Source: Patescibacteria group bacterium (GTDB lineage Bacteria; Patescibacteriota; Patescibacteriia; UBA11705; DATKZF01). From it: 64,000 bases of DNA. The stretch is taken from positions 235,641 through 299,640 of the forward strand of contig JBMORT010000006.1 of assembly GCA_049319825.1 (NCBI GenBank), written 5' to 3'. The notes below the pieces were generated by a model. The model was not told the DNA's origin. It saw only the letters and a program-made list of their open reading frames with translations, and did not search any database. The translations under genes were made by a program, and so were the position numbers. Position 1 is the stretch's first letter. Each line of letters begins with the position of its first letter. Positions 39,601-48,783 of this stretch are shown here, in pieces.

Positions 39601-39623
39601 TCACTGATTCGTAAAAAATCGCA

Positions 39624-42341
39624 ATGAGTGATGAAAAAATGAAAAATAGGATTTGGCAATTAGGTCAATTCGAAATTAAATTTAAATATATGACATATGA
39701 TTTGAGAAAAGAACTACTCGTGCTGGCTTTAATCGGTTGCCTGCTGCTGATAAGTTCATTTTTTTTCATTCACCAGGCGCAGGCCGCAGATTTTTCCGTA
39801 GTTATCAGTGAGCTGGCCTGGGCCGGGTCGAGCTATTCGGCCAATGACGAATTCATTGAATTAAAAAATTTAACTGACCGGGAAATTGATTTAAGCGGCT
39901 GGAAATTAACCAAGCTTTCCGGCGGACAAGAGCAGGTAATGATCGAATTTCCGCCGGCAGCGATTATCGAATCAGAAAATTTTTTTGTGATATCTAATTT
40001 TGGCAGCGAAGATTCGGTTTTAAATATTGAACCGGACCTGGCAGATAGCGCGGTCAGTTTAAGCAATTCAAATCTGGAAATTAAATTATATGATTCAGCC
40101 GGCATATTAATCGATGTCGCCGGAGACGGCAGCGCGCCGTTTTACGGTGATAACGAATTTAAAGCTTCTATGGTCAGGAATTTTACTATTGGATCAGGTG
40201 AGATTGAATCATCCTGGTCAGGAAGCTTGATCTCGGAAAATTTGGATGCTGACGCCCCTGACTTCGCATCTCCGGCCGCGGAAAATTTTTTAGGAATTGA
40301 TATTATCCCGGCCGCTGACGATTTGACTGCTATCGAAGAGGAGAGCGTCGCTTCTGATGATGAAGTAATTATTGAAAATTTCGCCAGCGATGATGAGACG
40401 ATCAGTGAAGATATGGCCACACAAGACGCGTTGCCGGACATAATTGAAGACGCTGCCTCAGATGATCAGTCAGTGATTATCGAAGATGATACCGGCCAAG
40501 CGCCGCCAATAGCGGGCAAGCTGCTGATCAATGAAATCGCTTTTAAAGAAGATCAAGACTGGGTGGAACTGGCAGTGGCTGAGCAGGGAAATTTTAAGGG
40601 CTGGAAAATATTTCAAGGCGAAAGCTTGATTTCAGAGATAAATCAGGACTCAGTTTATCCACAGGGTAGTTTTATTTTAATAAATTTAGATAAAAATTTG
40701 ACCGGAACTGACAATGTCATAGTCGTGCGAAATGAAAATTATGAAATCGAAGATACGGCGCTTTGGAGCAATCATGATGGCAAATTTACCAAATCAAAGG
40801 CTTTCGCAGTGTACTTGGTCGAAACCGAACAATGGCTGACAAAAAATGATTTTGAAAAAAATGACGAAGTTTCCTGGATCAGCAGCGATGAGCTGAAAGC
40901 GGGCATGAGCTTGGCGCGAGTTTCGGATATTGATACCAATTCCGGCAATGACTGGATTATTACCGCCAAGCAAACGCCCGGACAGGAAAACGAGATTTGT
41001 TTTGCGTCATCGACTGATCCAGTCTCAGATGATCTGAATTCAGCTTCTGATGCATCGAGTGAGGATCTTGATGAAGCAGTATTGCCAATCGATGAGCCAG
41101 TGCCGGTCGATGTGGTCGGAAAGATAGTCATTAATGAAGTTTTAAGCCAGCCTGAAAGCGGGCAGCCGGAATGGGTCGAGATTTACAATTTGTCTGCCGC
41201 GGAGATTGAGGTGACTGATTTTTATCTGCAAGAGGGAAGCGGAACCAAATTTAAACTTAAGGGCAAATTGCCCGCGAAAAAATATATGGTGGTCAACGTT
41301 AAAAATTTAAATAATGCCGGCGACCTGTTGCAGCTGCATACCGGCGATGGTCAATTGCTCGATCAGATGGTTTATGGTTCTTTGGATAACACTCAAATTG
41401 ACTTTGATTTTCAAAAGATCGTATTGCCATATGCGTTAATACGCGACCGCAGCGGATTTTGGAAGCTGACGACATTGCCGACTCCGGGCAGTGAAAATAT
41501 TTTTCAAGAAATGATTGAAGAAAAAGAATCCCAAGTTAGCGGCGTGAAAGCGGTGTCGGTTCAAGCGACATCTTCGTCGAAGAAGACTGCTCAGACGGTG
41601 GCGCAGCCTATCGTTTTAACCCGAGGCAATGTTGATTCGCTTGAAGATGATGACTTGGTTTATTTCGCAGGCACAGTGACGGTCACTCCGGGATTGTTTC
41701 TGAAGCAAAGAATGTACGCTCAAAATGAAGATATCGGCGTGGAAATATATTTTAACAGAGCGGATTGGCCGAATTTGAAAATCGGCCAGCAAATCCGAGT
41801 CAGCGGCAAATTCGCGGCCAAGGATTTGCCTCAAATAAAAATTTATTCAACCGACGATATTCAGGTTTTGGGGAGTGGCGAAGCTGAGCTAAAGGAATTT
41901 AAGCTGGCCGACCAGGAAAATTTAATCGGATTTTTAACCGCCGGCGACGGAGAAGTATCTGAAAAATTGGCCGGAGGATTTAATCTGGTGACCGCCGAAG
42001 GCGATGTGCCGGTTTGCTTTAGGCAAAACGCCAAGCTGGATACCGGTCAGATTGAAAACGGCCAGCGCATATTTGTCAGCGGAATTTTATTGCCATATAA
42101 AGACAGCGTCTGTTTATATCCCAGAATCGATGAGGATATGTCGATTTTGCCGTCCGCGGCAGAGCTGGCCGCTCCGATCAGCGAATCCGTGCCGCTAGGC
42201 GGAAATTTGCCCGCGAAGTCCATTTTGACAGTCGCCGCCGGGGTTTTAGCCGGTGGTTTGGGGGTGATTACATTAATAAAAAAATTAAAATCTTTAAAAA
42301 AGATTTCCCCCCTATGGCCGGGCGTCGGCAACACCAAATGA
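39624..42341 (+). CDS. lamin tail domain (LTD)-containing surface protein with three LTD copies, acidic linker regions and a C-terminal TM anchor
   Basis: LTD signatures VVISELAWAGSSYSANDEFIELKNLTDREIDLSGWKL; KLLINEIAFKEDQDWVELAV...FKGWKI; KIVINEVLSQPESGQPEWVEIYNLSAAEIEVTDFYL. Signal peptide. C-term ILTVAAGVLAGGLGVITLIKKLK. Start may be M at 39690. Confidence 0.6.
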   Translation: MSDEKMKNRIWQLGQFEIKFKYMTYDLRKELLVLALIGCLLLISSFFFIHQAQAADFSVVISELAWAGSSYSANDEFIELKNLTDREIDLSGWKLTKLSGGQEQVMIEFPPAAIIESENFFVISNFGSEDSVLNIEPDLADSAVSLSNSNLEIKLYDSAGILIDVAGDGSAPFYGDNEFKASMVRNFTIGSGEIESSWSGSLISENLDADAPDFASPAAENFLGIDIIPAADDLTAIEEESVASDDEVIIENFASDDETISEDMATQDALPDIIEDAASDDQSVIIEDDTGQAPPIAGKLLINEIAFKEDQDWVELAVAEQGNFKGWKIFQGESLISEINQDSVYPQGSFILINLDKNLTGTDNVIVVRNENYEIEDTALWSNHDGKFTKSKAFAVYLVETEQWLTKNDFEKNDEVSWISSDELKAGMSLARVSDIDTNSGNDWIITAKQTPGQENEICFASSTDPVSDDLNSASDASSEDLDEAVLPIDEPVPVDVVGKIVINEVLSQPESGQPEWVEIYNLSAAEIEVTDFYLQEGSGTKFKLKGKLPAKKYMVVNVKNLNNAGDLLQLHTGDGQLLDQMVYGSLDNTQIDFDFQKIVLPYALIRDRSGFWKLTTLPTPGSENIFQEMIEEKESQVSGVKAVSVQATSSSKKTAQTVAQPIVLTRGNVDSLEDDDLVYFAGTVTVTPGLFLKQRMYAQNEDIGVEIYFNRADWPNLKIGQQIRVSGKFAAKDLPQIKIYSTDDIQVLGSGEAELKEFKLADQENLIGFLTAGDGEVSEKLAGGFNLVTAEGDVPVCFRQNAKLDTGQIENGQRIFVSGILLPYKDSVCLYPRIDEDMSILPSAAELAAPISESVPLGGNLPAKSILTVAAGVLAGGLGVITLIKKLKSLKKISPLWPGVGNTK

Positions 42342-42571
42342 TCGGTCATCAATGGGCATTAATTTTTTGCAGATATTATAATGTCGTGCTGTTGATAACT
42401 CGCAAAGATCGCTTCGGCAGAGGCGATTTTTGTGTTATAATTAGAATAACTAGGATTGCGCCTAGAATTTATTAAGATTTAAAAAATCTGAAAATTTTTC
42501 TGAATAAAATTGTTCAAAAAGCCAAGGCGCTATTATTTTCGGTTAAACAAAATAAAGCGCGGTCGTTCACC

Positions 42572-44977
42572 GTGGCCACCATTGTTTTTTTGATTCTGGG
42601 CATTGGCTTGGCTTTTAACTCGGCCTTGGCCCAATCTGTGATCGGCGACACATTGGCTCAGGCTTTTGCCTGGATTTTTTACGGTATCGCTTATTTACTC
42701 GGCTGGATCACGATGTTGATTTTTTCCATGGTGATTACCATGAGCGGATTTCAGGATTTCATCAATAATCCCGGCGTCATTACCGGCTGGACCATTGTGC
42801 GCGACATTTGCAACATGTTTTTTGTGGTCATTCTTTTAATCATCGCTTTCGCCACGATTTTGCAAAGTGAAAAATATTCGATCAAGTCGCTTTTGCCCAG
42901 AGTTATTTTTGCCGCCGTGGTTATAAATTTCAGTAAATTGATTTGCGGTTTGATAATAGATTTCGGACAGATTGTCATGTTGACATTCGTTAACGGATTC
43001 AAGGCATCGGCCGGAGCCAATTTAATCAATGGCTTGCGGATGCAAAGCTGGATGTCGCTGGACACGGCCAACGCCAAGGATGTCAATGAAGTTGATTTTT
43101 GGGACATCACGTTGGCTTTATTTTTAGCATGCATTTTATTTTTCTTTACGTTGATCGTGACGATCATCATGCTGGCCATCATCACCATTCGAATTATAAT
43201 TTTATGGATATTGATAGTCCTGTCGCCGTTTGCTTTTGTCGGCACACTGCTGCCGTTTACGCAGTCGCTGGCCCGGCAATGGTGGTCAAAGTTCGGTACC
43301 TGGGTGGCGATCGGTCCGATTTTAGCTTTTTTCTTATGGTTGTCGCTGCTGATGATGCAAACCGGCATCAGCACGGATTTGGACGCGATCACCACCGAAG
43401 CTAACGTAAAATCCCAGATTACAGGCAAAAAACTTCAGGGCGGCAATTTATCGCAAGGATCGTCGATGCCCAATATGGCGCAGTTTGCGGTTGGCGTGGC
43501 CCTGCTTTACGGCGCCGTGACGCTGACGCGTCAAATGGGCGGCGCGGTCGGCGGCGCCATCGGCGGCAAAGTCTTCGGCGCGGCCACTGGTGCGGCGTTT
43601 GCCCTCACCGGCGCCAGAGCGGTGACCGAGCGGGCCAAAGCTGTCAGTGGCGTTTTGCAGCGCCGACGTGCGGAGAGAGTCTCTCGTTTTGGAGAGCGAG
43701 CCGGAGCGGCGATAACCAGAGTGACCGAACCGGTCAGAGCGGCGGCGTTGGGTGCGGCAGTCACACCGTTCAGAGTGTTGGGAGCGCCTCTTCGAGCGCC
43801 TAGGATTTTGGGTGCGATGCGTGAGCGCTACAGGCAAATCCGCGAAGGCGGCGGCGGCAAAGCGCTGGCCGCGCTGAGCGCAGGTATAAAATTACCGAGT
43901 GAGATATTAGATACCAGAAAATTCGCTTCTTCGATTCGAGCGGCCAGAAACAAATCTCGCGGTGCGGCTTATGAATTAAGTCGCAATGAAGTGACTAAAA
44001 ATTTGGCAGATTTTAAAAATGCCAGATTTGATCCGGAGCAATCTGTCCGCTTGATGTCCGAAGCCGGCACGACGGAGGAACAAGTCGCTCATGCTATTTA
44101 CGCGCTCAAAAAAGGCAAAATAACGGAAGAAAATAATAAACCGTTGATGCGATTATTGTCCAAGGTCGAAAATACTCCGCTCGGAGACGTTTTGGCCGAT
44201 GAGACCAATAAAAAATTCGCCCATGCGCGATTTCAGTTGGATAATTTTGATCAACGTCAAAAGTTAATGGAAGTGCACGATGACGGCGATACTGATTTGA
44301 CCAATCTCGATCCCAGCGCTTACAAAGACGCCCGGGTGGTCGAGACAATCATGGAAAAATTCGGCTCGAACGCGGATCAAATGTTTAAAAAAGTTTTTGA
44401 GCGGGGAGGAAAATACGCGGAGAGTTTAGTTGAGGGGCTTAATGCGGTGAACACGCCAGAATTTCAGCAAAGCGTTCGTGATCGGTCCAAAGAATTAACC
44501 GATAAAGGCCCGGCCGAATGGACCGCCTCCGAGGAAAAGGAAGCGGAATTATTGGAAAATGTCATAAAATTCAAGCCGCAGGAGACTGTCGCGAAATTGA
44601 CGACCAAGCCGTTTACCGTCTTCACAAAAGAAACCGATCCGGATATGAAATCTCTTGGGGAATTCGTTAAAAAGCAAAAAGTGGAAGATATTGAAAAATA
44701 TAAAGTTGAAAAAGATTCTGTGGGCAGACAGCGGCTGGCCGGTGCGACCGATGATCAGCGAGCGGCAGTGGCCATGAATGTCGGTTTTGAAAAGCTGGCC
44801 GCGATAATGAAGCGCGGTCAGGGAGACGTGGTTAAAGCCGTCATTAATAAGAAAATAGAATTGGCGTCCGCCGGAAACGTGACGCAAAAGAAAGATTTGC
44901 AAATAGCCATTCAAAATCAAACGTTTATGGATAGCCTTGAACCTGAAATGCAAAAGGAAATTAAAGGAGCCGTTTAA
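42572..44977 (+). CDS. VirB6/TrbL-like polytopic membrane protein with long Ala/Gly/Arg-rich hydrophilic C-terminal extension
   Basis: Signal peptide plus about 7 TM helices in the first ~270 aa (ICNMFFVVILLIIAFATIL; LALFLACILFFFTLIVTIIMLAIITIRIIILWILIVLSPFAFVG), the architecture of T4SS VirB6/TrbL channel subunits. Lies in the same operon-like run as PrgI-like and VirB4. Confidence 0.45.
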   Translation: MATIVFLILGIGLAFNSALAQSVIGDTLAQAFAWIFYGIAYLLGWITMLIFSMVITMSGFQDFINNPGVITGWTIVRDICNMFFVVILLIIAFATILQSEKYSIKSLLPRVIFAAVVINFSKLICGLIIDFGQIVMLTFVNGFKASAGANLINGLRMQSWMSLDTANAKDVNEVDFWDITLALFLACILFFFTLIVTIIMLAIITIRIIILWILIVLSPFAFVGTLLPFTQSLARQWWSKFGTWVAIGPILAFFLWLSLLMMQTGISTDLDAITTEANVKSQITGKKLQGGNLSQGSSMPNMAQFAVGVALLYGAVTLTRQMGGAVGGAIGGKVFGAATGAAFALTGARAVTERAKAVSGVLQRRRAERVSRFGERAGAAITRVTEPVRAAALGAAVTPFRVLGAPLRAPRILGAMRERYRQIREGGGGKALAALSAGIKLPSEILDTRKFASSIRAARNKSRGAAYELSRNEVTKNLADFKNARFDPEQSVRLMSEAGTTEEQVAHAIYALKKGKITEENNKPLMRLLSKVENTPLGDVLADETNKKFAHARFQLDNFDQRQKLMEVHDDGDTDLTNLDPSAYKDARVVETIMEKFGSNADQMFKKVFERGGKYAESLVEGLNAVNTPEFQQSVRDRSKELTDKGPAEWTASEEKEAELLENVIKFKPQETVAKLTTKPFTVFTKETDPDMKSLGEFVKKQKVEDIEKYKVEKDSVGRQRLAGATDDQRAAVAMNVGFEKLAAIMKRGQGDVVKAVINKKIELASAGNVTQKKDLQIAIQNQTFMDSLEPEMQKEIKGAV

Positions 44978-44980
44978 TGT

Positions 44981-46453
44981 ATGACCAGCAAAATCACAAA
45001 TAAAATGGCTGATAAAGTGTTTGCTTCCAGCTTTGGCGCATGGATAAATTTTGATGTCGCCTCGCAGTATAAAATAAGCTCGAAAAAGTTGGTCGACTTT
45101 GCCGATATTATCAATTCAATAATGTTAAAGAAGATCAAGCTGGAGAATTTGGATAAAGAATTGACCAAGCGATTACGATTGCCGGCGCAGAAATCAAAAC
45201 TCATCGCCAAAGAAATAACCGGCAGAAAATTTTTATTGATCGATGATTATTTCGGCGGTGCGGCCAGCAAGTATTTAACGGTATTGGGCGCGCGGCCGGA
45301 AAATTATAAAGATCAAATCGAATTATTAAAATCCAAATTGCACGAAGAGGATGCGCTGGTAGCGGAAAAAGAAACGCCGTTTGAGGGGTTCATTACCCCG
45401 GCGGAGAAAAAAGAATCAGGGTCATTGCCGCCGATAGAGATAAAAGATCAGGAGAAAGACGCTCGGGAAATCGCTTCGATATTCGACGAGCAGGTGATGG
45501 GCATTATCAATGACGGTGATTTTCGGCTGAAAGGGGATTTAAACGCTTATATTGTCTTGCTGCTGCTCGAGAAAGAAGATTTTCGTCAGACTTTGCTTCA
45601 AAAAATGGTTAATAACCGTGAAAAAGTGACCGCCAAAGAGATAGTCATCGGCGGTCAGCCCAGCGAGCCGAACGTTAGTAATTGGCTGAAGGATTTTATT
45701 TCCATCGTTGGCGTGGATGGTTCGGTGTCTTCCATCAATAAAGCGAGATACATGTCGGAAAGCAAAAACGTTCGTTCGCTATCGGCGGATGAACAGCGAC
45801 GGCTGGATATGGTGCTTGATGTTTACACCAGTATCAGGAATTTTCCGCAAGACGCCACGCGGATGAATTTAGGAGATATTGCCATTTTTCCGTTTAGTGA
45901 CGAGGATATTAAGGCAATGAAAGCCGCCGCCGAGTCCGTGAAGACCAAGCCGGCCACTCCCCGGCAGTTGCCAAAAGACATATTCGAGCTCTACATGGGC
46001 AGCAAGGAAGAGCAGGCGAAAATCGAAGCGGCCAAAGAAGCTTTGGAGAATAAAATTTCAGGCAACGTCAAATTGCTCGCCGATGAGCTGGAAGATGGAT
46101 TTTTAAAGAAAGAAAAACAAAAAACGATCGCCGCGCTGATGTTGCTGGTTGAAAAAGGAGCGTTCATAAATTTACTTCGAGAAGACATCAGATACCGTGA
46201 TTATTTAACCAGTTATTTGAATCGCGTCGGTAAAGCGACACTGGTCAATTCATTCGTCGTCAATCCAACCCAGCCGCAGTTCGTTATTTATTTATTAAAA
46301 TACATTCTCGAGGAAAGATTGAGCCTGTCGGTTTCGGAAGCCGCCCGAATTGCCGCCCATTTCAATACGATTTATACCAAGCGCGGTCAGGAACAGTACG
46401 GCAGGCTGGCATATTTCGATATGAACGAGCAGACATTCGTGTGGGGACAGTAG
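44981..46453 (+). CDS. hypothetical protein (490 aa) of the T4SS-like module
   Basis: ORF immediately after the VirB6-like gene (4-nt gap). No TM. No recognised motifs. Confidence 0.4.
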   Translation: MTSKITNKMADKVFASSFGAWINFDVASQYKISSKKLVDFADIINSIMLKKIKLENLDKELTKRLRLPAQKSKLIAKEITGRKFLLIDDYFGGAASKYLTVLGARPENYKDQIELLKSKLHEEDALVAEKETPFEGFITPAEKKESGSLPPIEIKDQEKDAREIASIFDEQVMGIINDGDFRLKGDLNAYIVLLLLEKEDFRQTLLQKMVNNREKVTAKEIVIGGQPSEPNVSNWLKDFISIVGVDGSVSSINKARYMSESKNVRSLSADEQRRLDMVLDVYTSIRNFPQDATRMNLGDIAIFPFSDEDIKAMKAAAESVKTKPATPRQLPKDIFELYMGSKEEQAKIEAAKEALENKISGNVKLLADELEDGFLKKEKQKTIAALMLLVEKGAFINLLREDIRYRDYLTSYLNRVGKATLVNSFVVNPTQPQFVIYLLKYILEERLSLSVSEAARIAAHFNTIYTKRGQEQYGRLAYFDMNEQTFVWGQ

Positions 46454-46474
46454 AAATAAAAAAGCTTTTTTTTC

Positions 46475-47458
46475 TTGGATATATGTATGCCCCAACAAAA
46501 TCAGCAAAAGAATACCAATGACCAGCCGCTGGCTTTTGAATTTGTTTTGGTGAAGGATGAGAGCGGGGAGTTCAAATATTATCATCACGGCCGTTTTTAT
46601 TCGTACGCTGAGGTGTCAAATTTACTCAGCCCCAAAGAATTGGAGAAATTGAATCAGCAGCGGCCAATTCAGCCAACGATTGAAAAAGAACCGGTGCCGG
46701 CGGAAATGCCGGTTGACAAGCGTCAGCTGGAGCAGCAAATGATCGAGGCGGTGGCTCGCCGGGCATACTCAGCCATTACCGAAAAAATCGGAAAACAGGA
46801 TGAAAACAAGATGATGAATATAATTATCTCATTTCTGCGCCTGGTTAGAAAAGAGGTGGAAATCAAATATATCTTAACCGCTTCGATGCGCTCCGGAGGT
46901 ATTGGACTCGATGATCAGCGCGCTGAGACGGTAATTCAAATTATAAAAAGTTTCCTGCCGGAAATATCCCGCAAACGACTAAAAATTTTACGCGGGGAGC
47001 CGCTGGAGATCGAATCGCGCCAGACTCCACCCATAGCCAAATCCGCCGAACCGGCGCCGCTGATCGGCCGGAAAAAATTAAGCGGCCTCGATGAAACGAA
47101 ACCAGTGATTTCCGATATCACACTCGGCCCCGGACTGACCGGTCCGGTTGAGGAGCTCGGCGGCATGGATTTAATTAATATCCGAAGACTCGGATCAAAC
47201 CGGGAAGAGATCGTCAGTGAAATAATGGAAAGAATAAATCTTTTGGCGGAACAGTCGCTGGAGCAGAAAATCAGGGGCATTAAGGCTTGGCAGCAATCGC
47301 CGGTTTATCGCATGTACGTTGATTTGGGATTTGAAAGCATCAGCAATAACATTCCAGTGGAAAAATTGATCGAACAAAAAATCGCCGAGGGAAAAAAAGT
47401 ATTAAACAGAGAAGAATTTCAGGCGATGGTGGAGATAAACGGCAGGATGCAGTTTTAA
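46475..47458 (+). CDS. hypothetical protein (327 aa) of the T4SS-like module
   Basis: Long ORF with a 21-nt gap to the upstream gene; no recognised motifs. Confidence 0.4.
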   Translation: MDICMPQQNQQKNTNDQPLAFEFVLVKDESGEFKYYHHGRFYSYAEVSNLLSPKELEKLNQQRPIQPTIEKEPVPAEMPVDKRQLEQQMIEAVARRAYSAITEKIGKQDENKMMNIIISFLRLVRKEVEIKYILTASMRSGGIGLDDQRAETVIQIIKSFLPEISRKRLKILRGEPLEIESRQTPPIAKSAEPAPLIGRKKLSGLDETKPVISDITLGPGLTGPVEELGGMDLINIRRLGSNREEIVSEIMERINLLAEQSLEQKIRGIKAWQQSPVYRMYVDLGFESISNNIPVEKLIEQKIAEGKKVLNREEFQAMVEINGRMQF

Positions 47459-47517
47459 GGCGAAAGTCGAGAGGCGAGAAGCGAGAGGCGAAAGACGAAA
47501 CACGAAATACGAAAATT
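47459..47517 (+). repeat. degenerating ~14-nt tandem repeats (ggcgaaagtcgaga / ggcgagaagcgaga / ggcgaaagacgaaa / cacgaaatacgaaa)
   Basis: Read directly from the sequence. No spacers, so not CRISPR-like. Confidence 0.4.
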
Positions 47518-47612
47518 GATAATTGTTGATTCTTATAACCCGGATTCCCCGAATAGTTTGCTACAGGCTACATGTTATATGCTATGTGCTACGTGCTCCA
47601 TGTATTATCAAT

Positions 47613-48065
47613 ATGGCTGTCCAAAAATATATCGTTCCACAATTCATCGAAGTCGAAGACAAAATAATCGGTCCGATTACCGTTCGGCAGTTTATATTAC
47701 TTTTGGTCGGCGGCTTGATTATTTTTTTGCTGTGGCAATTCGGCGGTTTGTTGGCGCTGATCGCCGGTGGAATTTTGGATATCGCGGTTTTCGCCGGTTT
47801 GGCCTTTGTCAAAATCAACGGCCGGCCGATTCATTTTTTTCTGCTAAACTTTATCCAAACCATGAAGCGGCCTCGATTGCGTATTTGGAACAAAGAAGCG
47901 TATGTGAGCGCGGTTCATGAAAAAAAAGAGGTGGAAGAAAGACCCATGACCGCCAAAGCGCCCAAACCGGCCATTACCGGTTCGCGGTTGTCCGATTTGA
48001 GCTTGGTGGTCAATACCGGCGGTGTTTATCAGGGAGAAGAATTGTCTCTTGGTAATCAAAAATAA
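47613..48065 (+). CDS. PrgI/VirB3-like small membrane protein of Gram-positive-type T4SS
   Basis: MAVQKYIVPQFIEVEDKIIGPITVRQFILLLVGGLIIFLLW matches the PrgI-family N-terminal pattern (Y-x-VP-x-x-x-x-V-x-D/K-K-I-x-x-x-LT-x-RQ-LI), then two TM helices. ORF opens at 47523 but the M at 47613 is the conserved start. Confidence 0.5.
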   Translation: MAVQKYIVPQFIEVEDKIIGPITVRQFILLLVGGLIIFLLWQFGGLLALIAGGILDIAVFAGLAFVKINGRPIHFFLLNFIQTMKRPRLRIWNKEAYVSAVHEKKEVEERPMTAKAPKPAITGSRLSDLSLVVNTGGVYQGEELSLGNQK

Positions 48066-48068
48066 CAT

Positions 48069-48782
48069 ATGACCAATAAAAGACCGGAAATGCAAAGCGA
48101 AAAACTGAAAAAAAAGAGCGTCAGCCAGTCGACTCAGCTTTTTCTGGACATTTCCGAAATTCGAAACAACACCGTGATTCTAAAAGACGGCACGCTCCGA
48201 GCGGTTATTTTAGTTTCCAGCGTGAATTTTGCTCTCAAATCGGAGGAAGAGCAGCAAGCGATTGTCGCCGCCTATGTGGGTTTTTTAAATTATCTTGATC
48301 ATCCAATTCAAATCGTGATTCAATCCAGGAAATTGAATATCGAAGGATATATCGCGCGTCTGCATGAGCGAGAAAAAGAAGTCACCAACGAACTGTTAAA
48401 AAAACAGATAGACAATTACATACAATATGTTCAAGAACTGGTTGAGCTAGGCGATATTATGAGTAAAAGATTTTTTTTGGTTGTGCCGTACAGCCCGCTC
48501 GAAGAAAAAGCGCAGGCCAAACCGTCCGGATTCTTTTCCAAACTTTCGGCGCTGTTTACTCCCGGACAGGTGATTAAGCTGAAAAAGGAAAAATTTGAAA
48601 AATATTACCGTCAACTGATGCAGCGAGTCGATCATATTCAGGGTAATTTGAACAGCATGGGACTAAAATCTGCTCAGCTGGATACTCAAGGACTGATCGA
48701 GCTGTATTACAATGTTTATAATCCCGGCATGGCCGAGCAGCAGCAACTGAGTGATGTTGAAAAATTAAGGTTGGAGACATAA
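48069..48782 (+). CDS. VirB4/TraE-family N-terminal domain (split from the ATPase domain)
   Basis: TQLFLDISEIRNNTVILKDGTLRAVILVSSVNFALKSEEEQQAIVAAYVGFLNYLDHPIQIVIQS is the conserved N-terminal segment of Gram-positive VirB4 homologues (PrgJ/TcpF type). Stop TAA is 1 nt before the ATG of the next ORF, in a different frame. Confidence 0.5.
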   Translation: MTNKRPEMQSEKLKKKSVSQSTQLFLDISEIRNNTVILKDGTLRAVILVSSVNFALKSEEEQQAIVAAYVGFLNYLDHPIQIVIQSRKLNIEGYIARLHEREKEVTNELLKKQIDNYIQYVQELVELGDIMSKRFFLVVPYSPLEEKAQAKPSGFFSKLSALFTPGQVIKLKKEKFEKYYRQLMQRVDHIQGNLNSMGLKSAQLDTQGLIELYYNVYNPGMAEQQQLSDVEKLRLET

Positions 48783-48783
48783 T

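Noticed and set aside
42751-43428. 225-aa minus-strand ORF (and the 129-aa, 101-aa and 77-aa ORFs nearby) inside the VirB6-like gene
   Set aside because: Fully antisense to a well-supported + strand CDS. They fall in the GC-rich Ala/Arg-coding tract, where stop codons are rare on all frames. No RBS or motif.
47459-47517. Possible CRISPR-like array
   Set aside because: Units are about 14 nt, degenerate and directly abutting with no spacers. No cas genes in the window.
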